From an uncultured bacterium (lineage in GTDB: Bacteria > Poribacteria > WGA-4E > WGA-3G): DNA of 64,000 nt. Shown one piece after another: positions 49,956 through 61,122 of this stretch. The translations under genes and the position numbers were made by a program. The DNA is taken from NCBI GenBank assembly GCA_964652195.1, contig CAZZBB010000076.1, positions 16,228 to 80,227 of the forward strand, given 5' to 3'. Each line of letters opens with the position of its first letter. Within the stretch, counting starts at the first letter, position 1. Below the pieces are notes generated by a model. That model saw nothing but the letters and a program-made list of their open reading frames with translations. It was not told where the DNA came from and searched no databases.

Positions 49956-51204
49956 TACTGCAACAGTATATACTGGTGCATGGTATGGAGATAACGAACT
50001 CTCACTCAACTTCCCTGATGGTTGGGAGGTTGAGATGCTTAATCAGAATGATGCTCCAGCCCTTTCTGACACTGAAATTCAAAAAGCATTTGCTGAACCA
50101 ATTGGAACAGAACGTATATCTGAAATAGCGAAAAATAAAAAAAGTGCTGCTATCATCGTAGATGACCTTAGTAGACCGACCCCTGCATATAAGGTTATAC
50201 CATTCTTACTTAAGGAGCTTTTTGCTGCGGGTGTGCCAAAATCTGAGATTCGGTTCGTAGTCGGTGTAGGTGGACATCGTCCTATCTCAGAAGAAGAAAT
50301 GGTTAAAAAAGTTGGGGCAGAAATCTTCTCTGAATACGAAGTGACAAATCATAATTTTCTCAGTGGTGATTTAAGAGCGATAGGGAAACTTGGTAACGGA
50401 ACTCCTGTATATATCAATCGAACAGTAGCCGATTCTGATTTCAAAATTTGCTTGGGTGGAATATATCCTCACAGTTCAGTCGGATTTAGCGGTGGAGCGA
50501 AACTAATTGTTCCTGGTACTGCTGGTTTTTCAACAATGTACTATTTCCATAAATTCCCACCAGGTAGGGGACCAGCAAATATTGAAGGAGACAGTGACGA
50601 ACCTGATAGACGAGATACCATTGAAATGGCAGCTGGACTCCTGGGACTTAATGCAATAGCCAATGTTGTGCTAAATAGTCGTCGTGAAATCGCGGGTCTT
50701 TTTGTAGGTGATTTTGTAAAAGCACATCGTAAAGGTGCACATTTTGCTTTGAATACCTATAAGACTGAAATTTTAGACACGACTCGAACGCAAAACGATC
50801 TTGTGGTGATTAATTGCTATCCTTTAGATGCAGATGGAATACAACTCGATAAAGCTTTATCAGCATTTTCATATTTTGAAAATGCATATACAATTGCACT
50901 ATATCCTGCTTCTGACGGATCATGTTTCCACGGATTATTTGACAGGCTTGATTATCCGCGATATCTCAAGCAGAAATTAGAACACATACCCTCTGCCCCT
51001 TCACCACCACCAAAACTTGGGACACGAAATCAACTACATGTTTGGTCTGAGAGTTTTGATAGAGATGATTTCTACAAGGAATACCCATCCTCACTTCTTT
51101 TCCGAGACATAGATCAACTCATAAACCTTTTCACTGAAGAACTTCCATCGCAAGCAAAAGTAGCAATATTACCAGTGGCAGGAATTCAGGTATTATCACC
51201 CTAA
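49945..51204 (+). CDS. LarA-family (nickel-pincer cofactor dependent isomerase / DUF2088) protein
   Basis: IIVDDLSRPTP, GGHRP, VTNH, PHSSVGFSGGAKLIVPG, IQLDKA. Confidence 0.85.
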   Translation: MMNNTATVYTGAWYGDNELSLNFPDGWEVEMLNQNDAPALSDTEIQKAFAEPIGTERISEIAKNKKSAAIIVDDLSRPTPAYKVIPFLLKELFAAGVPKSEIRFVVGVGGHRPISEEEMVKKVGAEIFSEYEVTNHNFLSGDLRAIGKLGNGTPVYINRTVADSDFKICLGGIYPHSSVGFSGGAKLIVPGTAGFSTMYYFHKFPPGRGPANIEGDSDEPDRRDTIEMAAGLLGLNAIANVVLNSRREIAGLFVGDFVKAHRKGAHFALNTYKTEILDTTRTQNDLVVINCYPLDADGIQLDKALSAFSYFENAYTIALYPASDGSCFHGLFDRLDYPRYLKQKLEHIPSAPSPPPKLGTRNQLHVWSESFDRDDFYKEYPSSLLFRDIDQLINLFTEELPSQAKVAILPVAGIQVLSP

Positions 51205-51240
51205 TCCTATATAGAAATAGAATTCTCTTATCTTTTCTTC

Positions 51241-51483
51241 TGTAGGAGGGGATTCAGATCCCCGATCTTCTCTTACATTTTATACTTCTTACATTCTGTA
51301 GGAGGGATTCCAATCCCCGATCTTCTCTCTTGTTGGAGGAATTCCGATCCTCGATCCTTCAAGATCCTGTTCCTATTTTGATCGTTTCAACACAGTTTTT
51401 CTCACACTTTCCTTACCACAGAGGGGGTGATATGTCTATAGAAGAGGTATATCAACATCCTGCACTCCAGCGGAGTGCTATGT
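51241..51483. repeat. Cluster of REP-like palindromes
   Basis: Three related units TGTAGGAGGGGATTCAGATCCCGAT, TGTAGGAGGGATTCCAATCCCCGAT and TGTTGGAGGAATTCCGATCCTCGAT, plus GCACTCC-AGC-GGAGTGC at 51462-51478. Confidence 0.65.
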
Positions 51484-52013
51484 AAGCAAATAGGTGGCAA
51501 CTTGTGTGCCAATATACTTTTTATGAGATACACTAAACAAAATTCACATCTACAGAAAAAGATAGAACAACGCCAGTTTGATAATTACAAATGTCAGTTC
51601 GAGAAATAGTATTTTGTCCAGAGAATAGTCTTTGTAGCACAAACTTTCCAGTTTGTGCATTCTGGTATTTACTAAAAGTTTGGGTTACAATGTGTCATAT
51701 CAGAATCACGTTAGAACAAAAATAGGAAGAGAAAAAATGACAATCCAAAATATTCATAAAAATATAGTCAGACAAAGAAAAATAGCGAATTGCTTCAAAG
51801 ATCAAGAAATTCAGAAAAACCAGAAAATAACACAAATCTCAAAATTCTTAAATTTCAAAATTCTTAAATTTCAAGATAATTACATTAAACCCAATCTACC
51901 ACAGGGATTAGAGCAATATTACAAAGTTACACCATGTAACGAAAAGTGTAACTTTTTCATTTTACTCTCTTTCATTTTACTAAAGAGTATCACATTAAAT
52001 ACAGTTCTTCTTC

Positions 52014-52036
52014 GTAGGGACGGGGTCTCCCCGTCC
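52014..52036 (+). repeat. REP-like palindrome
   Basis: GTAGGGACGGGGTCTCCCCGTCC. Confidence 0.6.
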
Positions 52037-52169
52037 GTATTTTCAATATATTATACTTGTCAAGAAACAAATCACTCTCAATATAATGATTTATGAGATA
52101 TGACCTATAAACTGTGTGATCCGTGATATTCATGCCGAAAACGTTACACACCCTATCAATTTCTTGTAT

Positions 52170-52198
52170 TTGACAGATATTCAAGACTATGTTACAAT
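52170..52198 (+). promoter_or_regulatory. sigma70-type promoter upstream of the PHP/GT9/HAD genes
   Basis: TTGACA, 17 nt, TACAAT, with an extended -10 TG. Confidence 0.6.
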
Positions 52199-52284
52199 AT
52201 AGGTTCGGTAGGATCCAAGGGATGCTGATCTCATAAAGATCAGAATAACAGTCCTAAATTTTCTAATTCTACATAGAGGTAACT

Positions 52285-53160
52285 ATGAACACGACAAATC
52301 CTTTTAAGCAACAGGGTCAATGGTATCGTGGCAATACACATAGCCATAGTACGGAATCAGATGGTCAACTCTCCGTTTCAGATAGGTTTTCTGCATATAG
52401 GGATGCAGGATATGACTTCTTAGTATTAACAGACCACAGAAAAGTTAATGATGTTCAACCTTACAGTACTTCAGATTTCTTAGCAATTTCTGGTAGCGAA
52501 GTACATCCATCCAATCCTTATGGTGGCGGTACCTACCACTTTGTCGCCATTAATATTCATGAACCAGTAAATTGTGCAAAAATGCATCCAAATGCTGTCC
52601 TTGATGATATAAAAGAACAAGGAGGAGAAGCAGTATTGTGTCATCCTTATTGGTGTGGACATACAATATCAGATTATTTGCCATTACGTAATTACTTCGC
52701 AGTTGAAGTTTACAATGACACCTGTATGGGGATAGGCAAAGGCTTCTCAGAACAGGCATGGGATGATCTATTAGATAGAGGAGGTCCTGTTCTTGGTATT
52801 GCCTCTGATGATGCACATGGTACGGAACATGATTGTTTCCACGGTTGGATAAATGTAAAAGCCGAAGATTTATCAATTGATAACATCATGGAGTCTCTCA
52901 GAACTGGTGCATTTTATTCAACACTGGGACCAGAAATTGTTGATTTGGATCTTACGGATAATGTTGTTTCAGTCAAGTGTTCTGAAGCAAGGTCTATTTG
53001 CTTTAAAGCAGATTGTACCAGAGGTAAATATATACAAGCTCCAGAAGGAGAACTTTTAACCGAAGCTTCCTATAGTGTTCCAGACAGTGCTAAATATGTA
53101 CGTGTTGAAATTACTGATGAAACTGGTAAGAAAGCTTGGTCTAATCCGTTCTTTTTCTAA
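52285..53160 (+). CDS. PHP-domain metallohydrolase (CehA/McbA-like)
   Basis: GNTHSHS, TDH, CHPYW, EVYN, SDDAH, LRTGAFYST. Confidence 0.88.
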   Translation: MNTTNPFKQQGQWYRGNTHSHSTESDGQLSVSDRFSAYRDAGYDFLVLTDHRKVNDVQPYSTSDFLAISGSEVHPSNPYGGGTYHFVAINIHEPVNCAKMHPNAVLDDIKEQGGEAVLCHPYWCGHTISDYLPLRNYFAVEVYNDTCMGIGKGFSEQAWDDLLDRGGPVLGIASDDAHGTEHDCFHGWINVKAEDLSIDNIMESLRTGAFYSTLGPEIVDLDLTDNVVSVKCSEARSICFKADCTRGKYIQAPEGELLTEASYSVPDSAKYVRVEITDETGKKAWSNPFFF

Positions 53161-54209
53161 TGCATAGAATACTGGTATGTCATACCGGGGGTTGGATTGG
53201 CGACATGGTTCTCATAACCCCCACATTACGTAAGTTGAAGGAGATATATCCCAGTTCATTTCTATCCATATTATTGCGTCCACTTGTTGCTGACCTGATG
53301 TCATTCAATCCTTATGTGGATAAGTGTCTAATTGATTCAAAGAGTGTTGGATCTTTGAAATCAATCATTGGTTTAGTAAAGACAATACGCCGTTTACTCT
53401 TTGATATTGCTATAATTCTGCATCCTACCTCCTACCGAAATGCATTCATACCATACTTGGCTCGTATTCCTATGAGGATCGGTTCAAATTATAAAGGACG
53501 TGCAACATTTTTGACATCTTCTGTACCTTATAATGTTAAGCAACATGAGGTAGAACGTTATCTAAGTATTCTGCAACTCCTAAATTATGAAGATGAGTTG
53601 CTTACAGTGGGTTCGTTCAATCCGAATGAATCAGAATCAAAATTAGAGTTCTGGCATTCTGATAATGAAACAGAAACAATAGCGAATAAGTTTCTTACAA
53701 ATGATATATCATCCACAGATACGCTGATTGCAATTAATATCGGTACAACTTGGCAGACTAAACAGTGGCACATAAGGAATTTTTCAGAACTCATCAAACA
53801 TATTACGGATATAAAACATAATATCAGAATAATTATAACTGGCTCTGAGTCTGAACAAAGTCTATCGCATGAATTACCAAAGTCTGATAGGGTTGTAAAC
53901 CTGGTGGGTAAGACTGACATACTTCAACTCGGAGCATTATTAGAAAAATGTGAATTATGTATATCATGTGATAGCGGACCGATGCATATTGCAGCAGCTG
54001 TTGGTACACCTACAATTGCACTATTTGGACCAACAGATCCGTTGAGACATAGACCGTATGGGGTAAATCATACAATAATTGAAAAACCTGTCTACTGTAG
54101 ACCTTGTTATAAGACATATTGTCATCGGAAAGACGAACCAAACGTTTGTATGAATGAGATTACTGTTCGAGATGTAGTTAATGAAATTACAAGAAAATTA
54201 CGAATCTAA
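53160..54209 (+). CDS. Glycosyltransferase family 9 (LPS heptosyltransferase-like)
   Basis: WIGDMVL, HEVERYL, KQW, VNLVGKT, DSGPMHIAAA, LFGPT. Confidence 0.9.
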   Translation: MHRILVCHTGGWIGDMVLITPTLRKLKEIYPSSFLSILLRPLVADLMSFNPYVDKCLIDSKSVGSLKSIIGLVKTIRRLLFDIAIILHPTSYRNAFIPYLARIPMRIGSNYKGRATFLTSSVPYNVKQHEVERYLSILQLLNYEDELLTVGSFNPNESESKLEFWHSDNETETIANKFLTNDISSTDTLIAINIGTTWQTKQWHIRNFSELIKHITDIKHNIRIIITGSESEQSLSHELPKSDRVVNLVGKTDILQLGALLEKCELCISCDSGPMHIAAAVGTPTIALFGPTDPLRHRPYGVNHTIIEKPVYCRPCYKTYCHRKDEPNVCMNEITVRDVVNEITRKLRI

Positions 54210-54254
54210 GAATTCCAATCAGACATAATAGAAAATTATAAATAAGGACATTGA

Positions 54255-55013
54255 ATGAGTAAAATTATTGCATTGATTTTCGATTTTGGGGGTACATTAG
54301 ATGGAAATGGTATACACTGGTTAGAACGAACATATCAGTTCATAAAAACACATCATCCGGAGATTAGTCGAGAAGAATTTGATACTGCTGATAAAGCTGC
54401 AGTTACTGAATTTGCACTTGGTGATGCTTATCCAGAAGCTACATATCAAGAAGGGTCAATGCTACCAGTAGGTGTGACATCAACTGATCTGAAAGCATCA
54501 AAATGCAATTTTCGTGAAACAGTTGATGCAATTGGAGTAGGTATTTTTACACGACTTGGTATAAGCGAAGAATCAAAGGATGAATATGTTGAATGGTTTT
54601 GTAAAGGTGCAGAAGAAAACCTTACGCAAAATCGTGAATGGTTACAAACTCTTTATGGGAAGTATAAACTTGGTGTAATAAGCAACAATTTTGGTAATAC
54701 TACTGGATGGTGTGATGATTACGAACTTATATCATTGCTTGATGTAATTATTGATTCAACAGTATTGGGTATTTCAAAACCGGAACCAGGTATATTTGAA
54801 GCAGCTTTGTCTGAATTAAATGTCTCTCCGAGTGAATCTATCTATATTGGTGATAGCTATAAGGCTGATATGGTAGGAGCAAAAGGAGTAGGTATGTGGA
54901 CAGCATGGATGGTAGGAAATCAGCAAAAAGAATGTTTAGACCTGTCTGTGGTAGATGTACAACTATCACATTTACATGAACTGACAGATTTCCTTTTAAC
55001 ACAGAGCAAATAG
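54255..55013 (+). CDS. HAD-superfamily hydrolase
   Basis: FDFGGTL, ISNN, SKPEPGIF, YIGDSYKADMVGAKGVG. Confidence 0.88.
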   Translation: MSKIIALIFDFGGTLDGNGIHWLERTYQFIKTHHPEISREEFDTADKAAVTEFALGDAYPEATYQEGSMLPVGVTSTDLKASKCNFRETVDAIGVGIFTRLGISEESKDEYVEWFCKGAEENLTQNREWLQTLYGKYKLGVISNNFGNTTGWCDDYELISLLDVIIDSTVLGISKPEPGIFEAALSELNVSPSESIYIGDSYKADMVGAKGVGMWTAWMVGNQQKECLDLSVVDVQLSHLHELTDFLLTQSK

Positions 55014-55250
55014 TATATTGTTCTGATTTGGTAGAAATTAATCTCAATAGACCCAATTTGTCTTACTCCAAAATCTTCAAGCATATATATTTGATACGGA
55101 ATTGGATTTTACACGTTTTATATTATAGTTTAACTAAAGTTTGGACAATTTTTTCTGTAGCATGCTATATTTTCAAGGATAGATGTATATTTATTGTGTT
55201 TTATAGGGTATTAACTTGTAGAAAATCTATCATATACAAATAAGGACAGT

Positions 55251-55433
55251 CCAGGGGAATGCCATAAGGCATTCATACCCGGGGAATGACTAAATGTCAT
55301 TCATACCCGGGGAATGACTAAATGTCATTCATACCCGGGGAATGACTAAATGTCATTCATACCGTTGATTCCTTGATTCCTTGATTCCTTGATTCCTTGA
55401 TTCCTTGACTCCTTGATTCGCGGAGCGAAATGT
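55251..55433. repeat. Composite tandem palindrome plus octamer microsatellite element
   Basis: Four abutting 27-28 bp units GGGGAATG(AC/CC)-loop-(GT/GG)CATTCATACCC, seven TTGATTCC-type octamers (55365-55420), then CGAAATGT. Confidence 0.9.
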
Positions 55434-55651
55434 GTATTGATATAGTCTTGATTAGAAGGTTATCCCTGAATTTGATCAACCTAAAAATATCGGATAATTG
55501 TCCAAACTATAGTAATTTTCGGTAATTTGAAGTGCAAAATATAGAATTATATAATTCTATATTCAAATGGTTATCGGACTATAGACATGTAACAATTTCC
55601 ATTTCTCTCCCGATTCTCCAGAAAGTTCTCTTGCCAAATGGAGATTCCAAA

Positions 55652-56269
55652 ATGATAAAATATATAATATATATAACATTGGTTCTGAATCTATTATCGG
55701 GAATAGTTATAGCAGAGAAAGACGAAATCACTGTCAAAATAGATGAAAAAGTTATTGAGTGGTGTCTGAAAAATACTGAAAAGGAAATTCATACTCTTAC
55801 ACAGTTAAGTAAAGATAAAGAAATTGTTGTACTTGTCTTTATGGCAACCCAATGTCCTGCAGCAGATGATTATAACGAACGGATATTGAAATTGTTTGAA
55901 GATTATAAGGAAAAAAAGATACAATTTGTAGGAATTCACTCAAACAAACATGAGACTATTGATGAAATAAAGGAATACCATAAGAAAAACAAAATTGAAT
56001 TTCCAATTCTTATAGATCCAGAGAATAAAATTGCAGACTATTTTCAAGCACGTAGAACACCTGAGGTTTTTGTAATTGATAAGGCAAATTTACTAAGATA
56101 CAGAGGTGGGATTGATGATAGTCGTAAAAACCCAAAAACACAATATCTGAGGACAATTTTGGAATATATCCTAAATGGAAAACCTATACCAGAGAAAGAA
56201 AAAAAGACACGTGCAATTGGATGTACAATCAAGAGAGTTAGAAAAACAGATATTAACCGAACTCCATAA
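55652..56269 (+). CDS. Redoxin (AhpC/TSA-like) domain protein
   Basis: Signal peptide from ATG 55652; VFMATQCP, FVGIHSN, ARRTPEVFV, YRGGIDD, AIGCTIK. Confidence 0.85.
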   Translation: MIKYIIYITLVLNLLSGIVIAEKDEITVKIDEKVIEWCLKNTEKEIHTLTQLSKDKEIVVLVFMATQCPAADDYNERILKLFEDYKEKKIQFVGIHSNKHETIDEIKEYHKKNKIEFPILIDPENKIADYFQARRTPEVFVIDKANLLRYRGGIDDSRKNPKTQYLRTILEYILNGKPIPEKEKKTRAIGCTIKRVRKTDINRTP

Positions 56270-56326
56270 TTAATGTCATAGACTACATGCTCATGCGATA
56301 TCTAAATTCAATACAGAGGTAAGTTA

Positions 56327-58828
56327 ATGCTACGATTATTGAATACTATCCTACAACTGATACTGACAATTATCTTTACTGGTGCTTTACTAATATTTTT
56401 TGCCGTATGCTTTGCTATTGGTGTAGCGGGTGGTTTCACGTTAGGTTGTTGGGAGGATGTCGTCGCACTTGATCTGGAAAAATTAAAATATACAAAAGAC
56501 ACACAAACTTGGCGACAACATACAGAGGTATACTCAGCGGTCTGTGAAGTCCAACGAAATGATACAACAACATTCCTAATAGATAAATTACAACGTTTGG
56601 ATTATGAGATGAAAAAATCCAGTGATTTAGGTGTTACCTCACAAGGACAATATTCGACAAATCTAACAGGAGCAACAGGCAAACAAAATGGATCAATTCA
56701 CGTTTTTCTGAGAGAATTCGAATTTCCAAATATGGATGAAGAAACGAAACCAAAACGTGTAAATTTAACAATAAAAAACAGCAAAATCGAATTAATTCAA
56801 GATGGGACAGGAAATATACTACGCAATTTTTTTCTTGAACCAGAGTTGATTGATGAATTAGCAGATACAGACACAGGTTCAACACGGAATATTATACCAT
56901 TAGTAGAAATGCCGGAAAATCTTGTTAATGCCTTCATCGCAATTGAGGACCACAGATTTTATCAGCATTTCGGTATTGATATTATACGGCTAATTGGTGC
57001 TATGAGAGATGCATTGTTAAGGAAAAGTGTTCCAGAAGGTACAAGTACTCTTACACAACAACTAACACGAAATATATATTTGGGTGATGAATCAACAATC
57101 GTCAGAAAAGTACGCGAGATGCTACTCTCGTTTAGAATTGAGAAAAAATTATCAAAATCGCAGATTTTAGAAGGATACCTGAATTTTATTGACTTAGGTC
57201 GTTTTGGATCACAAACTCTCTATGGTGTGCAAAAAGCATCAATGGCATACTTTGATAAAGAAGTATCCGAACTTGAAATTGACGAATGTGCACTTCTCGC
57301 AGGGATACCTAAAGCAACAACTGGATATTCTCCTATTACTAATCCCGAAAATGCAAAAAAGAGACGTAATCTTATACTAAATGCAATGTATAAAAGCGGG
57401 TGGATTACACCACAAGAGTATCTCTTAAATCGTAAGAAACCCATATCAGTGCAGAGTTCTTCTGATACAATCTTAAAACAAAGATACTATACTGCTGGGC
57501 ATTTTATAGATCACATACAATCTCTACTCAAAGATATTCCTGAACTAAAAAACAGTATATATAAGGATGGTTTGAAAGTATATACTACTATTGATATGTC
57601 TATGCAGTCTGTAGCAATGAAAGCTGTTGCAAATCATTTACTTGAGTTAGATAAACTTACTCGATCACCTAACTATGTTACCAATAAAGATAATCCTAAA
57701 GGGATTGATCCTATAAGGAATTACCTACAAGCTGCACTAATATCAATCGATCCTCAGTCAGGTCATGTTAAAGCTATGGTTGGAGGACGTGATTACTTCA
57801 TTTCAGATAAAAGAAAACCTAATTTTAACTACCTTAACAGAACTATAGGAACTAAGAATGAACCGTCGCGTCGTCAACCAGGATCGGCGTTTAAACCGAT
57901 CGTGTTTGCATCACTACTACAAGAACCATCACTAATTACTCCTGCTTCCATTTATATTGATGAACCATGGATAATTCAACATGTTCAAGGACAATTCTGG
58001 AAACCTGATAATTATACTAAAAAATTCAGAGGACCCGTATCAATTCGAACTATCTTAAAGAGATCAATTAATGTTCCAACAGCAAGAGCTGCTTGGGAAA
58101 CACCAGATACAACGGATGGGTATAAAGAAGGGATAGTACGCACAATAGATCTTTCTAAGGAAATGGGTATCACTACACCTATGGATCCTGCAAAACCCGC
58201 ACTCATTTTGGGGGCATTCGGAATGACGGTACTCGAACTTACTTCGGCGTATGGTGTTTTTGCCAACCGTGGTATATTAACTGAACCGATTTTCATTCAT
58301 TATGTAACAGATGCAAATGGAAAACAAATCTATCCACCACCCAGCTATCAACAGGAACGAAGACAAGTCTTAGATGAAAGGATTGCTTACCAAATAACCT
58401 CTTTTCTGGAGAGTGTAATTACTGCAGGAACAGGAATCAGAGCAATTTCTACAGCTTTTCCGTATCAAATCACAAGACCAATCGCAGGAAAAACTGGAAC
58501 AACAAATGACAACGTGGATGCTTGGTTTGTAGGTTATAGTACAGATCTTGTGACGGGTGTCTGGGTGGGACTTGATAAGCAGAGAAGGGGACTTCGTAAT
58601 TATAATGAAGAAGGTGCTAAAGCCGCTTTGCCAATATGGGCACGTTTTATGAAGGATGCATCCAGAGGTCCTGAAAAACCGTTTCCAATACCGGAAGGTA
58701 TAGAATTCTGGGAAATTGACAATACTACCGGTTTACTAAAAAATAAAGATAAATGTCCACCTGAAAATATCAGTATGGAACCGTTTCTTGAGGATCAAGT
58801 TCCCTCAAGAATCTGCGATAAACACTAA
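56327..58828 (+). CDS. Class A penicillin-binding protein (transglycosylase/transpeptidase, PBP1a/1b-like)
   Basis: N-terminal TM; AIEDHRFYQHFG, GTSTLTQQL, RKVRE, ILEGYLN; transpeptidase QPGSAFK, SIN, KTGT. Confidence 0.94.
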   Translation: MLRLLNTILQLILTIIFTGALLIFFAVCFAIGVAGGFTLGCWEDVVALDLEKLKYTKDTQTWRQHTEVYSAVCEVQRNDTTTFLIDKLQRLDYEMKKSSDLGVTSQGQYSTNLTGATGKQNGSIHVFLREFEFPNMDEETKPKRVNLTIKNSKIELIQDGTGNILRNFFLEPELIDELADTDTGSTRNIIPLVEMPENLVNAFIAIEDHRFYQHFGIDIIRLIGAMRDALLRKSVPEGTSTLTQQLTRNIYLGDESTIVRKVREMLLSFRIEKKLSKSQILEGYLNFIDLGRFGSQTLYGVQKASMAYFDKEVSELEIDECALLAGIPKATTGYSPITNPENAKKRRNLILNAMYKSGWITPQEYLLNRKKPISVQSSSDTILKQRYYTAGHFIDHIQSLLKDIPELKNSIYKDGLKVYTTIDMSMQSVAMKAVANHLLELDKLTRSPNYVTNKDNPKGIDPIRNYLQAALISIDPQSGHVKAMVGGRDYFISDKRKPNFNYLNRTIGTKNEPSRRQPGSAFKPIVFASLLQEPSLITPASIYIDEPWIIQHVQGQFWKPDNYTKKFRGPVSIRTILKRSINVPTARAAWETPDTTDGYKEGIVRTIDLSKEMGITTPMDPAKPALILGAFGMTVLELTSAYGVFANRGILTEPIFIHYVTDANGKQIYPPPSYQQERRQVLDERIAYQITSFLESVITAGTGIRAISTAFPYQITRPIAGKTGTTNDNVDAWFVGYSTDLVTGVWVGLDKQRRGLRNYNEEGAKAALPIWARFMKDASRGPEKPFPIPEGIEFWEIDNTTGLLKNKDKCPPENISMEPFLEDQVPSRICDKH

Positions 58829-60915
58829 TGGTTGGGAGAGATAATATGAGAGAGAATTTAGAAACAAGACCAACTGTTTCTCCTATAAATATAAATCCTG
58901 ATGTGCCATCCAAACCCTTCGAATTGGTCTCAGAATTCGAACCACAAGGGGACCAACCAGAAGCAATTGAAAAATTGACGGAAGGAATACAGCGTAAAGA
59001 CAGAGCGCAAACATTATTAGGCGTTACAGGGTCTGGTAAGACTTTTACAATGGCACATGTCATTCAAAATATACAACGACCAACACTCGTTATTTCACCT
59101 AACAAAACTCTCTCCGCTCAATTATACAACGAATTTAAAACCTTCTTCCCACAGAATGCAGTACACTATTTCGTTAGCGACTATGAATACTACCAACCTG
59201 AAGCATATATCCCATCCACGGACACCTTCATAGAAAAAGATGTACAGATCAACGAAGAAATCACAAGGATGAGGCTCGCATCAACTGCATCTCTTATGTC
59301 AAGGCGAGATGTTGTAATTGTGGCAAGTGTCTCATGTTTATACGGACTGGGTTCACCACGGGAATTTGAGAATCAGAAGGTTGATGTAAATATTGGTCTG
59401 ACCATCCGTCGTGATGAATTTCTCCGTTCATTAATTGATATACAATACGTACGAAACGACGTTGATTTTTGGCAAGGAACTTTCAGAGTAAGAGGCGATG
59501 TTGTTGAGGTATTTCCAGCTTATAGTGAAAGGGCATACAGAATTGAGTTGTTTGGAGATGAAGTTGATAGAATCTGTGAAATCAATACAACAACTGGTGA
59601 GATCCTTGACAAACAGGATTCTCTTGAAATCTATCCTGCAAAACATTTTATGACGGATGATGAAATATTTGAGGAAGCACTCGTTAACATTGATCTGGAA
59701 TTACAAGAACGAATTGTCACATTCGAAAAAGAAAATAAACTGTTAGAAGCACAACGCATAGAACAACGTACACGTTTTGATTTAGAAATGTTAAGGGAAG
59801 TAGGGTATTGTTCAGGAATCGAAAACTATTCACGACATCTAACAGGGTTACAACCTGGTGAAGCTCCATATTGTCTGCTAAATTACTTTCCTGAAGATTT
59901 CATGCTCTTTATTGATGAATCCCATGTCACTATTCCACAATTGAAAGGAATGTATCGTGGAGATCGGGCAAGAAAACTTACACTTGTGGAATATGGGTTC
60001 CGTCTTCCATCCGCATTAGATAACCGTCCATTACAATTTGAAGAGGTTGAAAGATACCTAAATCAAGTGGTATATGTCTCTGCAACTCCGGGCAACTATG
60101 AAATGGAAGAGGGTGGACAAATCGTAGAACAGATCATTCGACCAACTGGATTGATTGACCCCCAAGTTTCTTTGCACCCTGTTAAAGGGCAAATTGACCA
60201 TCTCATCGGCAAAATCAAAGAACGGGTGAAAATGAAGCAAAGAGTTCTTGTTACCACGCTCACAAAACGGATGGCTGAAGATTTAAGTGAATATCTCATT
60301 GAAGCAGGAATACGGGCAAATTATATGCATTCTGAAATTGATGTCTTTGACAGAGCACGAATTCTAATGCAGCTACGTAAGGGTGATTTTGATGTACTCA
60401 TCGGAATTAATCTACTACGAGAAGGACTTGATTTACCTGAAGTTTCTTTAGTCGCAATTTTGGATGCAGATCGTCCAGGTTTCCTACGTTCGGTTACCTC
60501 TCTGGTTCAAACTTCTGGTCGTGCTGCCAGAAATGTAGATGGTGAAGTTTTATTTTATGGTGACACCATCACCGATGCTATGGCAGATGCTATGGCTGAG
60601 ACAAAGAGAAGAAGGGAACTTCAGATGGAATACAATAAAGAGAATAATATCACACCTGCCACCATACAAAAAGCAATTGAGATGCTAATTGCTGAATCAC
60701 ATGAAGAATATGTGACGGATAAGAGTGAACCAGATATTCCTGATATTATTGAAGAGAGTAGTATCGAAGAAATAGATACAATAATCGTAGACCTTACACG
60801 GCAAATGCAAAAAGCTGCTGTCGAACTTGATTTTGAACTGGCAGCAACCTTGCGTGACCAGATCTCAGAATTAAATGAAAAACTGAATCAATCAGAATTG
60901 GATTCAACAGAATAA
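58828..60915 (+). CDS. uvrB: Excinuclease ABC subunit B
   Basis: PQGDQP, GVTGSGKT, YYQPEAY, DESH, GINLLREGLD, QTSGRAARN, C-terminal UVR motif LDFELAATLRD. Confidence 0.97.
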   Translation: MVGRDNMRENLETRPTVSPININPDVPSKPFELVSEFEPQGDQPEAIEKLTEGIQRKDRAQTLLGVTGSGKTFTMAHVIQNIQRPTLVISPNKTLSAQLYNEFKTFFPQNAVHYFVSDYEYYQPEAYIPSTDTFIEKDVQINEEITRMRLASTASLMSRRDVVIVASVSCLYGLGSPREFENQKVDVNIGLTIRRDEFLRSLIDIQYVRNDVDFWQGTFRVRGDVVEVFPAYSERAYRIELFGDEVDRICEINTTTGEILDKQDSLEIYPAKHFMTDDEIFEEALVNIDLELQERIVTFEKENKLLEAQRIEQRTRFDLEMLREVGYCSGIENYSRHLTGLQPGEAPYCLLNYFPEDFMLFIDESHVTIPQLKGMYRGDRARKLTLVEYGFRLPSALDNRPLQFEEVERYLNQVVYVSATPGNYEMEEGGQIVEQIIRPTGLIDPQVSLHPVKGQIDHLIGKIKERVKMKQRVLVTTLTKRMAEDLSEYLIEAGIRANYMHSEIDVFDRARILMQLRKGDFDVLIGINLLREGLDLPEVSLVAILDADRPGFLRSVTSLVQTSGRAARNVDGEVLFYGDTITDAMADAMAETKRRRELQMEYNKENNITPATIQKAIEMLIAESHEEYVTDKSEPDIPDIIEESSIEEIDTIIVDLTRQMQKAAVELDFELAATLRDQISELNEKLNQSELDSTE

Positions 60916-61122
60916 CATTCCCTACCTTAAATCACAACCAAACGTATCAATACTTAGCAGAATTTATAAATTTATTGTTTGGAGGATTTTGCAGTAATTG
61001 TTCAATTAAAGGGATTTACATATCTCAATACCTTGAATTGCCCTACTACAAACAGTTTGATTCGTAGTAGAGTGATTTATCACACGTTGAGAAATTACTG
61101 AATTAATAACTTAATCTTCATT

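Noticed and set aside
51653-52096. 147-aa ORF
   Set aside because: Very AT-rich, low-complexity, contains a short direct repeat (caaaattcttaaattt x2) and a REP element; no recognisable motifs or RBS.
55251-55433. Possible CRISPR array (28-bp palindromic repeats)
   Set aside because: The units abut with no unique spacers and there are no cas genes; it is a tandem palindromic repeat.
56327-60915. Functional link between the class A PBP and uvrB (1-nt overlap)
   Set aside because: Both are housekeeping genes; adjacency alone gives no evidence of a joint system.
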